Origin: a virus
Virus record (IMG/VR): IMGVR_UViG_3300047089_000244
Location: 1-64,000 of that record
Strand: one strand, 5' to 3'
DNA: 64,000 bases
The translations under genes were made by a program, and so were the position numbers. Below are positions 56,659 to 64,000 of the stretch, piece by piece; within the stretch, counting starts at the first letter, position 1; each line of letters begins with the position of its first letter. Below the pieces are notes generated by a model. It was not told the origin of the DNA and did no database searches. It saw nothing but the letters and a program-made list of their open reading frames with translations.

Positions 56659-57051
56659 ATGTCTGTAGTCGTGAAGTACAATTCAAACAACAGCGGCGGT
56701 AGTTGGTGGTTATCCCCTGAAAATTGGGAGGCGCTAGCTGAGGCTGGCTGGAATGTCCATTGGTGTTCACCGGCTGATAATCGGCCATATAGTGCTTACG
56801 ATGAACCCCTCAAGCCATGTCCAAAACAAGAGGGCGCGACCTGGTTAGGCGCTGTTGCTACTTCAGCAGCTAAGGAATTCGATAACCCAAAGGATGCCAT
56901 CCCTGAGTTTGAGCGTGTTACGGGACAAGACGCATCAGATATTGGATGCAACTGCTGTGGTCCTCCGCACGAATTCGAATACAAAGACGAGGATGGCGGG
57001 ATTCATTACGCCTCGGCTCATGTAACAGAAACGAGCATTGGCTTTGCCTAG
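56659..57051 (+). CDS. hypothetical phage protein
   Basis: AGGAG SD; Y.SNNSGG.WWL...W.AL..AGW...GC.CCGPPH.F. Confidence 0.75.
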   Translation: MSVVVKYNSNNSGGSWWLSPENWEALAEAGWNVHWCSPADNRPYSAYDEPLKPCPKQEGATWLGAVATSAAKEFDNPKDAIPEFERVTGQDASDIGCNCCGPPHEFEYKDEDGGIHYASAHVTETSIGFA

Positions 57052-57640
57052 GACGGCTCTGATAGCAGTTGATGTTCAGAATGATTATCTGCCCGAGGGG
57101 CCACTTGGCTCCCCCGACAGTGATCGCATTATTGAACCGCTAGTTGAGTACGCGACATTGGCTGCTGATGTCGTGATCTTATCTCGGAATCTACATCCAC
57201 CTGATCATCTATCCTTTAGTGATTCCAAAGCCTTTAGCGCTTCGATGCATCGCCCATGGCCCGCAAACTGCATCAAGGGGACTTCGGGTGCTAGGATTGT
57301 TTCGGATTTAGCGGCTATTGCTGCAAAAGCAGAGAACTATGTAATCACTAAGGGACTCGCCAAAGATCAAGGCGGCTACTCTGCCTTTGAAGGCGGAACA
57401 CTTCGTCCGCTTGAAAGTCTTGAGGATATTCTTCGATACGAGAAGATTACGCATATAGCTATAGGGGGCTACTGGCTTGATCAATGCGTAGCTCAGACAG
57501 CCTTCGATGCTAGTGCTCTTGGTTACTCAACGGCTATCGAGATGACCTGTACTTTGCCATATCCAGAGTTTACGCCTGATTCTCCAGAACGTAAAGAAAC
57601 ATTCGAACGACTTGCACGGGCAGGAGTAATCTGCGTCTAA
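57038..57640 (+). CDS. divergent nicotinamidase/isochorismatase-family hydrolase
   Basis: VDVQND, HPPDH.SF, WP..C..GT.GA, KG...YSAF, D.CV..TA.DA. Confidence 0.88.
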   Translation: MALPRTALIAVDVQNDYLPEGPLGSPDSDRIIEPLVEYATLAADVVILSRNLHPPDHLSFSDSKAFSASMHRPWPANCIKGTSGARIVSDLAAIAAKAENYVITKGLAKDQGGYSAFEGGTLRPLESLEDILRYEKITHIAIGGYWLDQCVAQTAFDASALGYSTAIEMTCTLPYPEFTPDSPERKETFERLARAGVICV

Positions 57641-57969
57641 TGCCCTCTATAGGTGAGACAAACCCATATGCGATTTCTCTCGTGCTTCATCAACATGACC
57701 GTCTTGGTTGGCGCGTTCACATGACTCCTAATGGGATCGATGGAGGTTATCCCGTTTCGATCAAACAAGCTGAGGAGCTTGCGCGTACAGCGACAGACAT
57801 TATCGATATCGCCGCGACACAAGATGATAGTGTGACGACTCCCTATATGATCGTGCGCAATGGTACGACCGTTCTACGCGACGCTCTGGAGAAAGAGTTA
57901 GCGGACTCCGAGGCCAAGGCTGCTAATATAGCATCTCTACGCCGCTCGCTCGCAGAAATGACTGAGTAA
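57640..57969 (+). CDS. hypothetical protein
   Basis: TAATG coupling. Confidence 0.65.
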   Translation: MPSIGETNPYAISLVLHQHDRLGWRVHMTPNGIDGGYPVSIKQAEELARTATDIIDIAATQDDSVTTPYMIVRNGTTVLRDALEKELADSEAKAANIASLRRSLAEMTE

Positions 57970-58166
57970 TGGATATTTTCAACCCAACAGATACGCCCAA
58001 GGATATTGCCATCTCACGCGCGATCGAACAGGCCGTTGAGATGTTCATTCTTGGGAGCCATACAAGAGCAGATCATTACTTTGACATGGCCGAAGCATTT
58101 GCACAATCGCCTGAGGAGTTATTCGCTCCCACTATTCAATCCAACAAGGAGACACATGTTCTTTGA
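57969..58166 (+). CDS. hypothetical protein
   Basis: TAATG coupling. Confidence 0.6.
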   Translation: MDIFNPTDTPKDIAISRAIEQAVEMFILGSHTRADHYFDMAEAFAQSPEELFAPTIQSNKETHVL

Positions 58167-58482
58167 CGTTACGACGCAAGCCTTTGAGATCCAGATTGTC
58201 CCAGTACCGGACGATGAGGGACCTCATGTGATCTTGCAGATGCTTCTCGGTCTCACCATTCCCGGCCCTCAAGGACAGAAAGGCATTCTACCTGCCGGAG
58301 CCATCAAAGTCCCAATCGGTCGTGAGATGGCGATCAACAAGGCCAAGGAATTGCTGGAGATTGCCGAAGCTCTCCCGGAGCCCAAGCCCGAGAGCGATTT
58401 GATCATCGCGGGCAACATGGATCAAGCAAAGCAGGTTGCCGACATAGACGACGCTATACGTAGCGGGACCATCCCCGAGTAG
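58156..58482 (+). CDS. hypothetical protein
   Basis: AAGGAG SD before ATG 58156. Confidence 0.65.
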   Translation: MFFDVTTQAFEIQIVPVPDDEGPHVILQMLLGLTIPGPQGQKGILPAGAIKVPIGREMAINKAKELLEIAEALPEPKPESDLIIAGNMDQAKQVADIDDAIRSGTIPE

Positions 58483-58483
58483 C

Positions 58484-59089
58484 ATGGCTGTCCTCTCAGA
58501 CCGTGACATTCGACGGAGGCTCCGGGAGCACAAGCCCGGAGTCTTCGTTACTCACGATGGGTATCCTCGCGATCTCGGCATCTCGCCTTGCGAGGATCAT
58601 CAGATCCAGCCAGCCAGCATCGATTTGACGTTAGCCGACGAATGGCGCATATATCCAGGGTCAGGTGATTGGATACCTCCGCTAGACATACCGATCGATA
58701 TGGATGCCGCCAAGAGTATCGAGACGGAGAAGATCATCGCGGATGAGTTTCTGCTTCGCCCGCATCAGTTACTCTTATGCTCGACACAGGAGTACGTGGA
58801 CATCCCGTACGACATCCAAGCTCAAGTGCATGGCAAGTCTTCGCTTGGTCGGCTTGGACTTCTTGTCCACGTCACGGCCGGGTTCATCGATCCAGGCTTC
58901 AAAGGGAAAATCACCTTGGAGATGTACAACCTGAACAACAGGTCTATCCTCTTGCGCGCGGGCAAATCAATCTGTCAGCTATCGATGACCCAACTTACGC
59001 ATCCCGCCGAGTTCCCGTACGGTCATGAGAAACTCAACTCGAAGTACCAGGACCAGCGCGAAGTGGTCGGCTCGCGTTACGATGGATGA
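58484..59089 (+). CDS. dcd: dCTP deaminase
   Basis: LSDRDI, IQPASIDL, GKSSLGRLGL.VH.TAGFIDPGF.G.ITLE, SKYQ.Q. Confidence 0.95.
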   Translation: MAVLSDRDIRRRLREHKPGVFVTHDGYPRDLGISPCEDHQIQPASIDLTLADEWRIYPGSGDWIPPLDIPIDMDAAKSIETEKIIADEFLLRPHQLLLCSTQEYVDIPYDIQAQVHGKSSLGRLGLLVHVTAGFIDPGFKGKITLEMYNLNNRSILLRAGKSICQLSMTQLTHPAEFPYGHEKLNSKYQDQREVVGSRYDG

Positions 59090-59106
59090 TCTGATACACT
59101 CGCGGT

Positions 59107-59388
59107 ATGATCCTTGAGATCGAATACGAGCAGGCTCTTCAAGGGATCGGTCCGACCCTAGAAGCGGTCGCACATGAACGCGAAAAGCAACTGAAAAAGT
59201 GGGGTACCCAGGACCACGATCCCAAGATGTGGCTGGCTATACTCGGTGAGGAGTACGGCGAGGTCTGCAAGGAGGTTGCGGAGACCCACGTCAAAGACTT
59301 CGACCGTGACGCATACCGTAAAGAGTGTCTACATACGGCTGCCGTGGCTCTGGCTATGGTCCAGTGCATTGACGACGGGATCGCTTGA
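59107..59388 (+). CDS. MazG-like nucleotide pyrophosphohydrolase
   Basis: ER..Q..KWG.Q.H....W..IL.EE.GEV...E....AAV; TGaTACACT-6-ATG. Confidence 0.8.
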   Translation: MILEIEYEQALQGIGPTLEAVAHEREKQLKKWGTQDHDPKMWLAILGEEYGEVCKEVAETHVKDFDRDAYRKECLHTAAVALAMVQCIDDGIA

Positions 59389-59413
59389 CTTTGCTTCTAG
59401 TATGCTCTATACT
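59385..59413 (+). promoter_or_regulatory. sigma-A-type promoter
   Basis: TTGACT-17-TATACT. Confidence 0.8.
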
Positions 59414-59418
59414 ATGCG

Positions 59419-59570
59419 TACGCACACCAAATATACCTCATAAACCCCGCCACGAACCGTAAGCGCTACATGCCAGGATTACCGTGGTACCGGGGGAGGA
59501 ACGGCTAAAGGTGCGTAGCTGAGTCGGGACCGCTCGACAAAGCCGATGAGCCGCCTTCGGGCGGCTTTTC
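59419..59570 (+). ncRNA. candidate structured small RNA
   Basis: Lies between consensus promoter and UUCG terminator; nested helices; no credible ORF. Confidence 0.55.
59548..59570 (+). terminator. intrinsic terminator
   Basis: GAGCCGCC-TTCG-GGCGGCTT-TTC. Confidence 0.85.
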
Positions 59571-59612
59571 TCGTTCTCTTGACTTCGTAGCATAAGCTGG
59601 TATACTATGTCT

Positions 59613-61055
59613 ATGACCTCCTCTAAGACGTTTCCTCCCACACCTGAGCAGCAAGCCGCGCTCGACGCCTTCGTCACCGGCCAGAACATGGTGATCGAGG
59701 CTGGCGCAGGCACCGGCAAGACTACCACCCTGCGCCTCCTGGCCGAGTCCACCGATAACCAGGGCATCTACGTCGTCTACAACAAGGCTGCGCAGACAGA
59801 TGCGGCATCCTCCTTCCCCACTAACGTTCAGGTCCGCACCGCCCACTCACTGGCCTTCGGTGCGGTCAAGAATGGCAAGAAGGGGGGCCTCATGGGCCGC
59901 CTGAACGGGAACCGCCTCCCGAGTAAGGCGTGCGTCAACATCCTGGACATCCCCGCTGGGTTCCAAGCTGACGAAGATCATTTCATCCCCGACTGGATCA
60001 TCGCTCGCTCCGCCCTCGACGCCGTAGGACGCTTCTGCAACAGCGCTGACGATGAGGTCAACGAGTACCACGTCCCTAAAATCGACGGGCTAGAGGATCA
60101 GCGCTCCTACAAACAGTACGTGGTCACCTACGCGAAGAAGGCATGGGACGACCTCAACAGTCTCTCCGGCAAGCTCCAGTTCAAGCACGACCACTACCTC
60201 AAGATTTGGGCGCTGTCGCGTCCGACTCTTCGCTGCGACTTCGTGATGCTGGACGAGGCGCAGGACGCCAACCCCGTCATTGCCAAGGTGGTCGAGGACC
60301 AGGAGATGCAGCAAGTCATGGTCGGCGATCGCTGCCAAGCTATCTACGGGTGGCGCGGGGCAGTAGACGCGATGAGCGACTTCGATGCCGAAAATCGCAT
60401 GATCCTCTCGCAGAGCTTCCGCTTTGGTCCGGCTGTCGCCGAGCAGGCCAACAAGTTCCTTGACCTGCTAGATGCCCCGCTGCGCCTTAGCGGGTTCGAG
60501 AAGATTGCCTCGACGGTCGGAATCGTCCAAGAGCCCGATGCAATCCTCTGCCGCACAAATGCTTCGGTCATCGAGAACGCGATGAGCGCACAGGCCGGTG
60601 GTAAGCGTGTCGCAATCGTCGGCGGAACACGCGAGATCGAGGAGTTCACCAAGGCAGCACGCGACCTGATGGAAGGCAGTAGTGTCAGCCATCGGGATCT
60701 GGTAGCCTTCAAGTCCTGGAACGAGGTCGTCGCCTACGCCAAAAGCGAGGAGGGGCGCGATCTGCGCGTCATGGTCAGTTTGATCGAGAACTACAGCGTT
60801 GAGGCGATCCTGTCGGTCTGTCAGGCGAGCGTCAATGAGAGTTCCGCCGACATCATCGTCTCGACGGCCCACAAGGCCAAGGGACGCGAGTGGGACCACG
60901 TTCGCATCAGCAACGATTTCACGGCTCCCGAGGAAGGCGAGGTGCCCTCGCGTCCGGAGCTTATGCTAGCCTATGTAGCCGTGACAAGGGCGAAAATCAC
61001 ACTTGACCAAGGGGCACTCTCCTGGGTCAACGACTACATCAAGGTGGCAGCATGA
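59613..61055 (+). CDS. UvrD/Rep-like SF1 helicase
   Basis: PT.EQ, AGAGTGKT, DEAQD, VGD..QAIY.WRGA, SFRFG, LCRTN, TAHKAKG.EW, YVAVTRA; TTGACT-16-TATACT-6-ATG. Confidence 0.93.
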   Translation: MTSSKTFPPTPEQQAALDAFVTGQNMVIEAGAGTGKTTTLRLLAESTDNQGIYVVYNKAAQTDAASSFPTNVQVRTAHSLAFGAVKNGKKGGLMGRLNGNRLPSKACVNILDIPAGFQADEDHFIPDWIIARSALDAVGRFCNSADDEVNEYHVPKIDGLEDQRSYKQYVVTYAKKAWDDLNSLSGKLQFKHDHYLKIWALSRPTLRCDFVMLDEAQDANPVIAKVVEDQEMQQVMVGDRCQAIYGWRGAVDAMSDFDAENRMILSQSFRFGPAVAEQANKFLDLLDAPLRLSGFEKIASTVGIVQEPDAILCRTNASVIENAMSAQAGGKRVAIVGGTREIEEFTKAARDLMEGSSVSHRDLVAFKSWNEVVAYAKSEEGRDLRVMVSLIENYSVEAILSVCQASVNESSADIIVSTAHKAKGREWDHVRISNDFTAPEEGEVPSRPELMLAYVAVTRAKITLDQGALSWVNDYIKVAA

Positions 61056-61201
61056 CCGAAGAAGAGCAGGTATTCCAGAAGCTCATCAAGGCCGCTCGCA
61101 ACTCATTGGAGCGAGCAGCGAAAGGCCACAACGATCATTGGCAGCCTCTTAGTGATGCACTCGATGAGGCTCAAGAGTATGAGACAGAGGTGACAGAGTA
61201 A
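61052..61201 (+). CDS. small helical protein (49 aa)
   Basis: Hand-translated; ATGA and TAATG couplings. Confidence 0.6.
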   Translation: MTEEEQVFQKLIKAARNSLERAAKGHNDHWQPLSDALDEAQEYETEVTE

Positions 61202-61944
61202 TGACGATCGAGAGCAAACCATTCCTGGGTCGCTGCAAGGAATGCGACTACGCGGTCTTCGCAGCAGCGGAGGACATCGCTAAGGTCGAGGACCTGAGGC
61301 AGGTTACGGCCGGTGGCGCGGCGACTATGGTTCAAGGTCACTATGGCGTCCTTGCACGCTGCCCAGACAACCACAGAGTCTTTCCGCTCAAGCGAATTGA
61401 AGGAACCTTTAGTGAAGATTTCAAATGCGACTCGCGGTGTCTCAATGCCAAAGCTCGCAAGTGTACTTGTTCGTGCGGAGGCATGAACCACGGTCGCGGG
61501 CATGCTGTCCAGATCCAGCCCGCGACCGCTCAACCTAAGGCACAGGTGGTTACCGGGATGTCTCTCTATAAAGATGATCCTAATTGGGATATCGCGCGTC
61601 ACGAACAGGAACAACAAAAGTTCGCCAGCGAACTATCTGAAGAGGCCCAATTCACCAAACAGCATCTAGGCAAGGAGGGAGAGAAAATCTTCTTTGAAGC
61701 CAAGCTCCTGCGTAGAGTCGAGTCCGATCACTCAACGCTCTATGCATTCATGACTGAGGTTCGGACTCCTATCACGGGAGTACTTCTCGGCCTAGCGGAG
61801 ATCAAATGGTGGAAGCCAGACTTCGTGGATGACCCCGGCTATGAGATTGGTGAGGTCTACAAGCTCAAGGCCAAGGTCAAGCGCCTGGAGGATGACCCGA
61901 AATGGGGCAAGTCAACTCTCGTAACGTATTTAGAAGAGGTCTAA
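61201..61944 (+). CDS. Cys-rich zinc-binding protein with C-terminal OB-like domain
   Basis: CKEC, C...H, CD.RC..A....C.CSCGG.NHG; G..G......A.VK...K.T. Confidence 0.75.
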   Translation: MTIESKPFLGRCKECDYAVFAAAEDIAKVEDLRQVTAGGAATMVQGHYGVLARCPDNHRVFPLKRIEGTFSEDFKCDSRCLNAKARKCTCSCGGMNHGRGHAVQIQPATAQPKAQVVTGMSLYKDDPNWDIARHEQEQQKFASELSEEAQFTKQHLGKEGEKIFFEAKLLRRVESDHSTLYAFMTEVRTPITGVLLGLAEIKWWKPDFVDDPGYEIGEVYKLKAKVKRLEDDPKWGKSTLVTYLEEV

Positions 61945-61962
61945 AGGAATGGTGAAGATCTG

Positions 61963-62166
61963 ATGGTGAAATACTCATTCTACATCAAAGGCAAGCGCAA
62001 AGAAGTCCATGCTCCAATCCTCAAGTTCGTGATCATCTTGTTACTCATCTTGTTCGTGATCGTCTCAATGCCGTTACATCTCGTTTGTTGGTTCTTTGGC
62101 CTGCGGGGATTCTACCATAAGGCCGACAAAAGCTACCAATTCCAAAACCCATTCAGGAGGGTCTGA
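61963..62166 (+). CDS. small membrane protein
   Basis: Hydrophobic stretch ILKFVIILLLILFVIV. Confidence 0.6.
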   Translation: MVKYSFYIKGKRKEVHAPILKFVIILLLILFVIVSMPLHLVCWFFGLRGFYHKADKSYQFQNPFRRV

Positions 62167-62168
62167 GC

Positions 62169-62375
62169 ATGGCGGGTAGAACGATACACGAATTGAACCT
62201 AACGCGCAAAGGCCGTACAGGTTCGCTAACGAAGAACAGGCGCAAGAAACGCGGGATCAAGTCTCGCCTAACCGGAAAGAGCATCGTTCCACAGGGGTCG
62301 AGACCTCCCCAGACATCCAGGTCTGACCGAGAGCCCATACATCTGCTAGACTGGGGATATGGAAACCATGAATGA
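62169..62375 (+). CDS. small basic protein
   Basis: AGGAGG SD; Arg/Lys-rich. Confidence 0.6.
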   Translation: MAGRTIHELNLTRKGRTGSLTKNRRKKRGIKSRLTGKSIVPQGSRPPQTSRSDREPIHLLDWGYGNHE

Positions 62376-62658
62376 TCTACAACCAAAGATAGTCCCTGAC
62401 GATGATCCTACTGATGAGCAGCTACAGCTTGCTTTCAAACGGGCGTGTCGAGAGTTCGGGGACTGCGTAGCAGACTACGAAAGCGACGAGTTCAAAAGTG
62501 AGTTCCACGAGCAACTTGAGCGTATCCTCAATGAAGAGGCGATATCAGGCTTGATCGATAAGGGGCTCATCACGAGCGTTGTTCGAGAGGACGGAGAGAT
62601 TGGCTATAGCGTCACTCCCGTCGGACAACAGATCACCGAAATGAGCAAGGATCGATGA
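62359..62658 (+). CDS. hypothetical protein (wHTH-like C-terminus)
   Basis: L.DKGLI.......Y.VT..G. Confidence 0.65.
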   Translation: METMNDLQPKIVPDDDPTDEQLQLAFKRACREFGDCVADYESDEFKSEFHEQLERILNEEAISGLIDKGLITSVVREDGEIGYSVTPVGQQITEMSKDR

Positions 62659-62855
62659 ACATACGCATCTGCCCGACGTGTGGGGAGACGCAGCATCTTG
62701 AAGATTACGGACGCAGAGGAGCCCTATTTATCCACAGCGCAACTGGCCAGATGACATGTCCATCACAAACACAGGAATACGACGATGGCAAAGGAATTGA
62801 CGGACGCACACAAGCAAAAAATGCAGGAGGGCAAACATCGCAAAGCCAAGATTGA
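62655..62855 (+). CDS. small zinc-ribbon protein
   Basis: CPTCG...H......C; ATGA overlap. Confidence 0.55.
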   Translation: MNIRICPTCGETQHLEDYGRRGALFIHSATGQMTCPSQTQEYDDGKGIDGRTQAKNAGGQTSQSQD

Positions 62856-63024
62856 GCGCGAACAGAAAATCCAGGAACGCATCGAAGGCAAGCGTTGCCA
62901 GTGCGGTATCAAGCCCTCGATGAATGATGTTGAACTGAGGGCGCTCTACCCCGGTTGTTGTGATCCATCACACGTTTGTCCGGTGCTCGATGGTGTAATG
63001 AGAAGTATCTATACTTACGTATAA
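62785..63024 (+). CDS. small Cys-rich protein
   Basis: AGGA SD; C.C...GC....H.C. Confidence 0.6.
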   Translation: MAKELTDAHKQKMQEGKHRKAKIEREQKIQERIEGKRCQCGIKPSMNDVELRALYPGCCDPSHVCPVLDGVMRSIYTYV

Positions 63025-63356
63025 TGAAAGATATGACGGATACAGAAGTAGCGTGGCTTGCGGGATTGTTAGAGGGAGAGGGCACTTTCTTTCTTCATAA
63101 TGTACGGCTTCATTATTGTTATCCAGCTATGCATATCGCTATGATTGATTATGATATAATTGAGCGCGTATCGTTGATCCTTGGACGCAAAATCCAAATC
63201 CCTAAGAAACGACAACCTCACCACAAACAGCAATACAAGATTGCTATTGCTGGCGTGGATGCAGAAAAACTCATGCGCATCATACGACCATACATGGGTA
63301 AACGCCGAGGAACAAAAATCGATAACTTACTAAAAATGTCGAAAGGAATAGTCTAA
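63024..63356 (+). CDS. single-motif LAGLIDADG homing endonuclease
   Basis: AWLAGLLEGEG.F, M.D.D.IE, L...I.PY...RR; AT-rich; start 63024 or 63033. Confidence 0.85.
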   Translation: MKDMTDTEVAWLAGLLEGEGTFFLHNVRLHYCYPAMHIAMIDYDIIERVSLILGRKIQIPKKRQPHHKQQYKIAIAGVDAEKLMRIIRPYMGKRRGTKIDNLLKMSKGIV

Positions 63357-63547
63357 TGCAACGGGTGGTAGTGAGTAGTAGCACAGGACGCCTCTACACC
63401 TACGAAACCGACTTTGATGTTTCGGAGGGCGATACGGTGCTTCTGCCACCGGGCATGTCAGGCGAGCCTTGGGAGGGTACCGTCACATCGTGCGTGACCA
63501 AATATACAGGACCCTGCAAGCAGATCCTTGAAGTAATAGAAGACTAG
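63356..63547 (+). CDS. small hypothetical protein
   Basis: YTY.....GD.V..P...G.V...Y.G..K.I; TAATG coupling. Confidence 0.7.
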   Translation: MQRVVVSSSTGRLYTYETDFDVSEGDTVLLPPGMSGEPWEGTVTSCVTKYTGPCKQILEVIED

Positions 63548-63548
63548 C

Positions 63549-63989
63549 ATGCCCACCTATGCCCAAATGCGAGAGGTCCCGCCGCCCGGTGTTCCCGATA
63601 CCGCTAAATACGGAACCGGCAAGACCTCCGCTATTCCCGAGGACATCAAGCGCCTGCTAGACCCAGGTAAGAACACAGATCCGGACCCCGGTCCAATCCA
63701 GTGGCTCTGGGTCTATGACCCTGTGGAGAACGTCGTCCATATCACCCACAACGAGGGTCGTCATCCGGCATATCGCATCACGCATAAGGACCATCACCCT
63801 GAGATCACGCACGAGAGTTCCCTGCGAGGATTCGCCTTCAAGATCAAGGGCGGTTGGCGCATCGTGGATCGCGCAAGCAAAGAGATCGATGATCCGTACA
63901 TCACGCACCTAGTGGTCGAGAAGCTCGAAGGTGAGCCTGATCCTCAGCCAGGGGGGCATCCTCGCTATCATGGATTACCCCATGTCTAA
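63549..63989 (+). CDS. hypothetical protein
   Basis: Complete 146-aa ORF. Confidence 0.7.
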   Translation: MPTYAQMREVPPPGVPDTAKYGTGKTSAIPEDIKRLLDPGKNTDPDPGPIQWLWVYDPVENVVHITHNEGRHPAYRITHKDHHPEITHESSLRGFAFKIKGGWRIVDRASKEIDDPYITHLVVEKLEGEPDPQPGGHPRYHGLPHV

Positions 63990-64000
63990 GATATCGATAC

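Noticed and set aside
59414-59443. 9-aa ORF MRTHTKYTS directly after the -10 box
   Set aside because: The ATG abuts TATACT and would lie upstream of the transcription start.
59436-59545. Pistol or hammerhead ribozyme (ATAAA...TAAGCG; CTGA...AAA)
   Set aside because: No upstream pseudoknot partner for CCGTAA and no CUGANGA/GAAA core.
1-64000. Stop-codon reassignment, tRNA genes, inteins or introns, integrase, reverse transcriptase
   Set aside because: All three stops end full-length genes under code 11. No cloverleaf, intein motifs, interrupted core genes, integrase or RT motifs seen by eye.

Overview
This 64-kb window is part of a large myovirus (contractile-tail dsDNA phage) genome. Gene content and the major capsid protein resemble, from recall, Bxz1/cluster-C-like actinobacterial myoviruses. 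Protein signatures suggest a Solirubrobacterales/Thermoleophilia host (inference). 1-10.5 kb (+): replication/recombination module with DnaE, RecA-like recombinase, Hjc-like, Cas4-like and RuvC-like nucleases, a sigma-region-4 protein, a putative small terminase and a SNF2 helicase. 10.5-56.4 kb (mostly -): virion module, read right to left: fibre, 1831-aa multi-zinc-ribbon protein, prohead protease/scaffold, decoration protein, major capsid, adaptor/closure/terminator, sheath, tube, frameshifted chaperone, tape measure, hub with peptidoglycan hydrolases, spike, baseplate wedges and fibres. Five + strand islands interrupt this module. 56.4-64 kb (+): accessory and nucleotide-metabolism genes (divergent PncA-like, Dcd, MazG-like, candidate structured sRNA, UvrD-like helicase, LAGLIDADG endonuclease). 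Portal and large terminase are not in the window. Most notable observations: (1) two classes of leaderless promoter placed back-to-back (host-type TAnnnT on +, a CRTAA motif on structural genes); (2) an early 91-aa protein that looks like a free-standing piece of the portal; (3) a probable modular head polyprotein with a swapped high-GC module; (4) one small beta-domain inserted into four different virion proteins; (5) a ~150-nt structured RNA bounded by promoter and terminator; (6) a pair of distant paralogues with an unrecognised conserved domain. All homology calls are from motif recognition; no database search was run.
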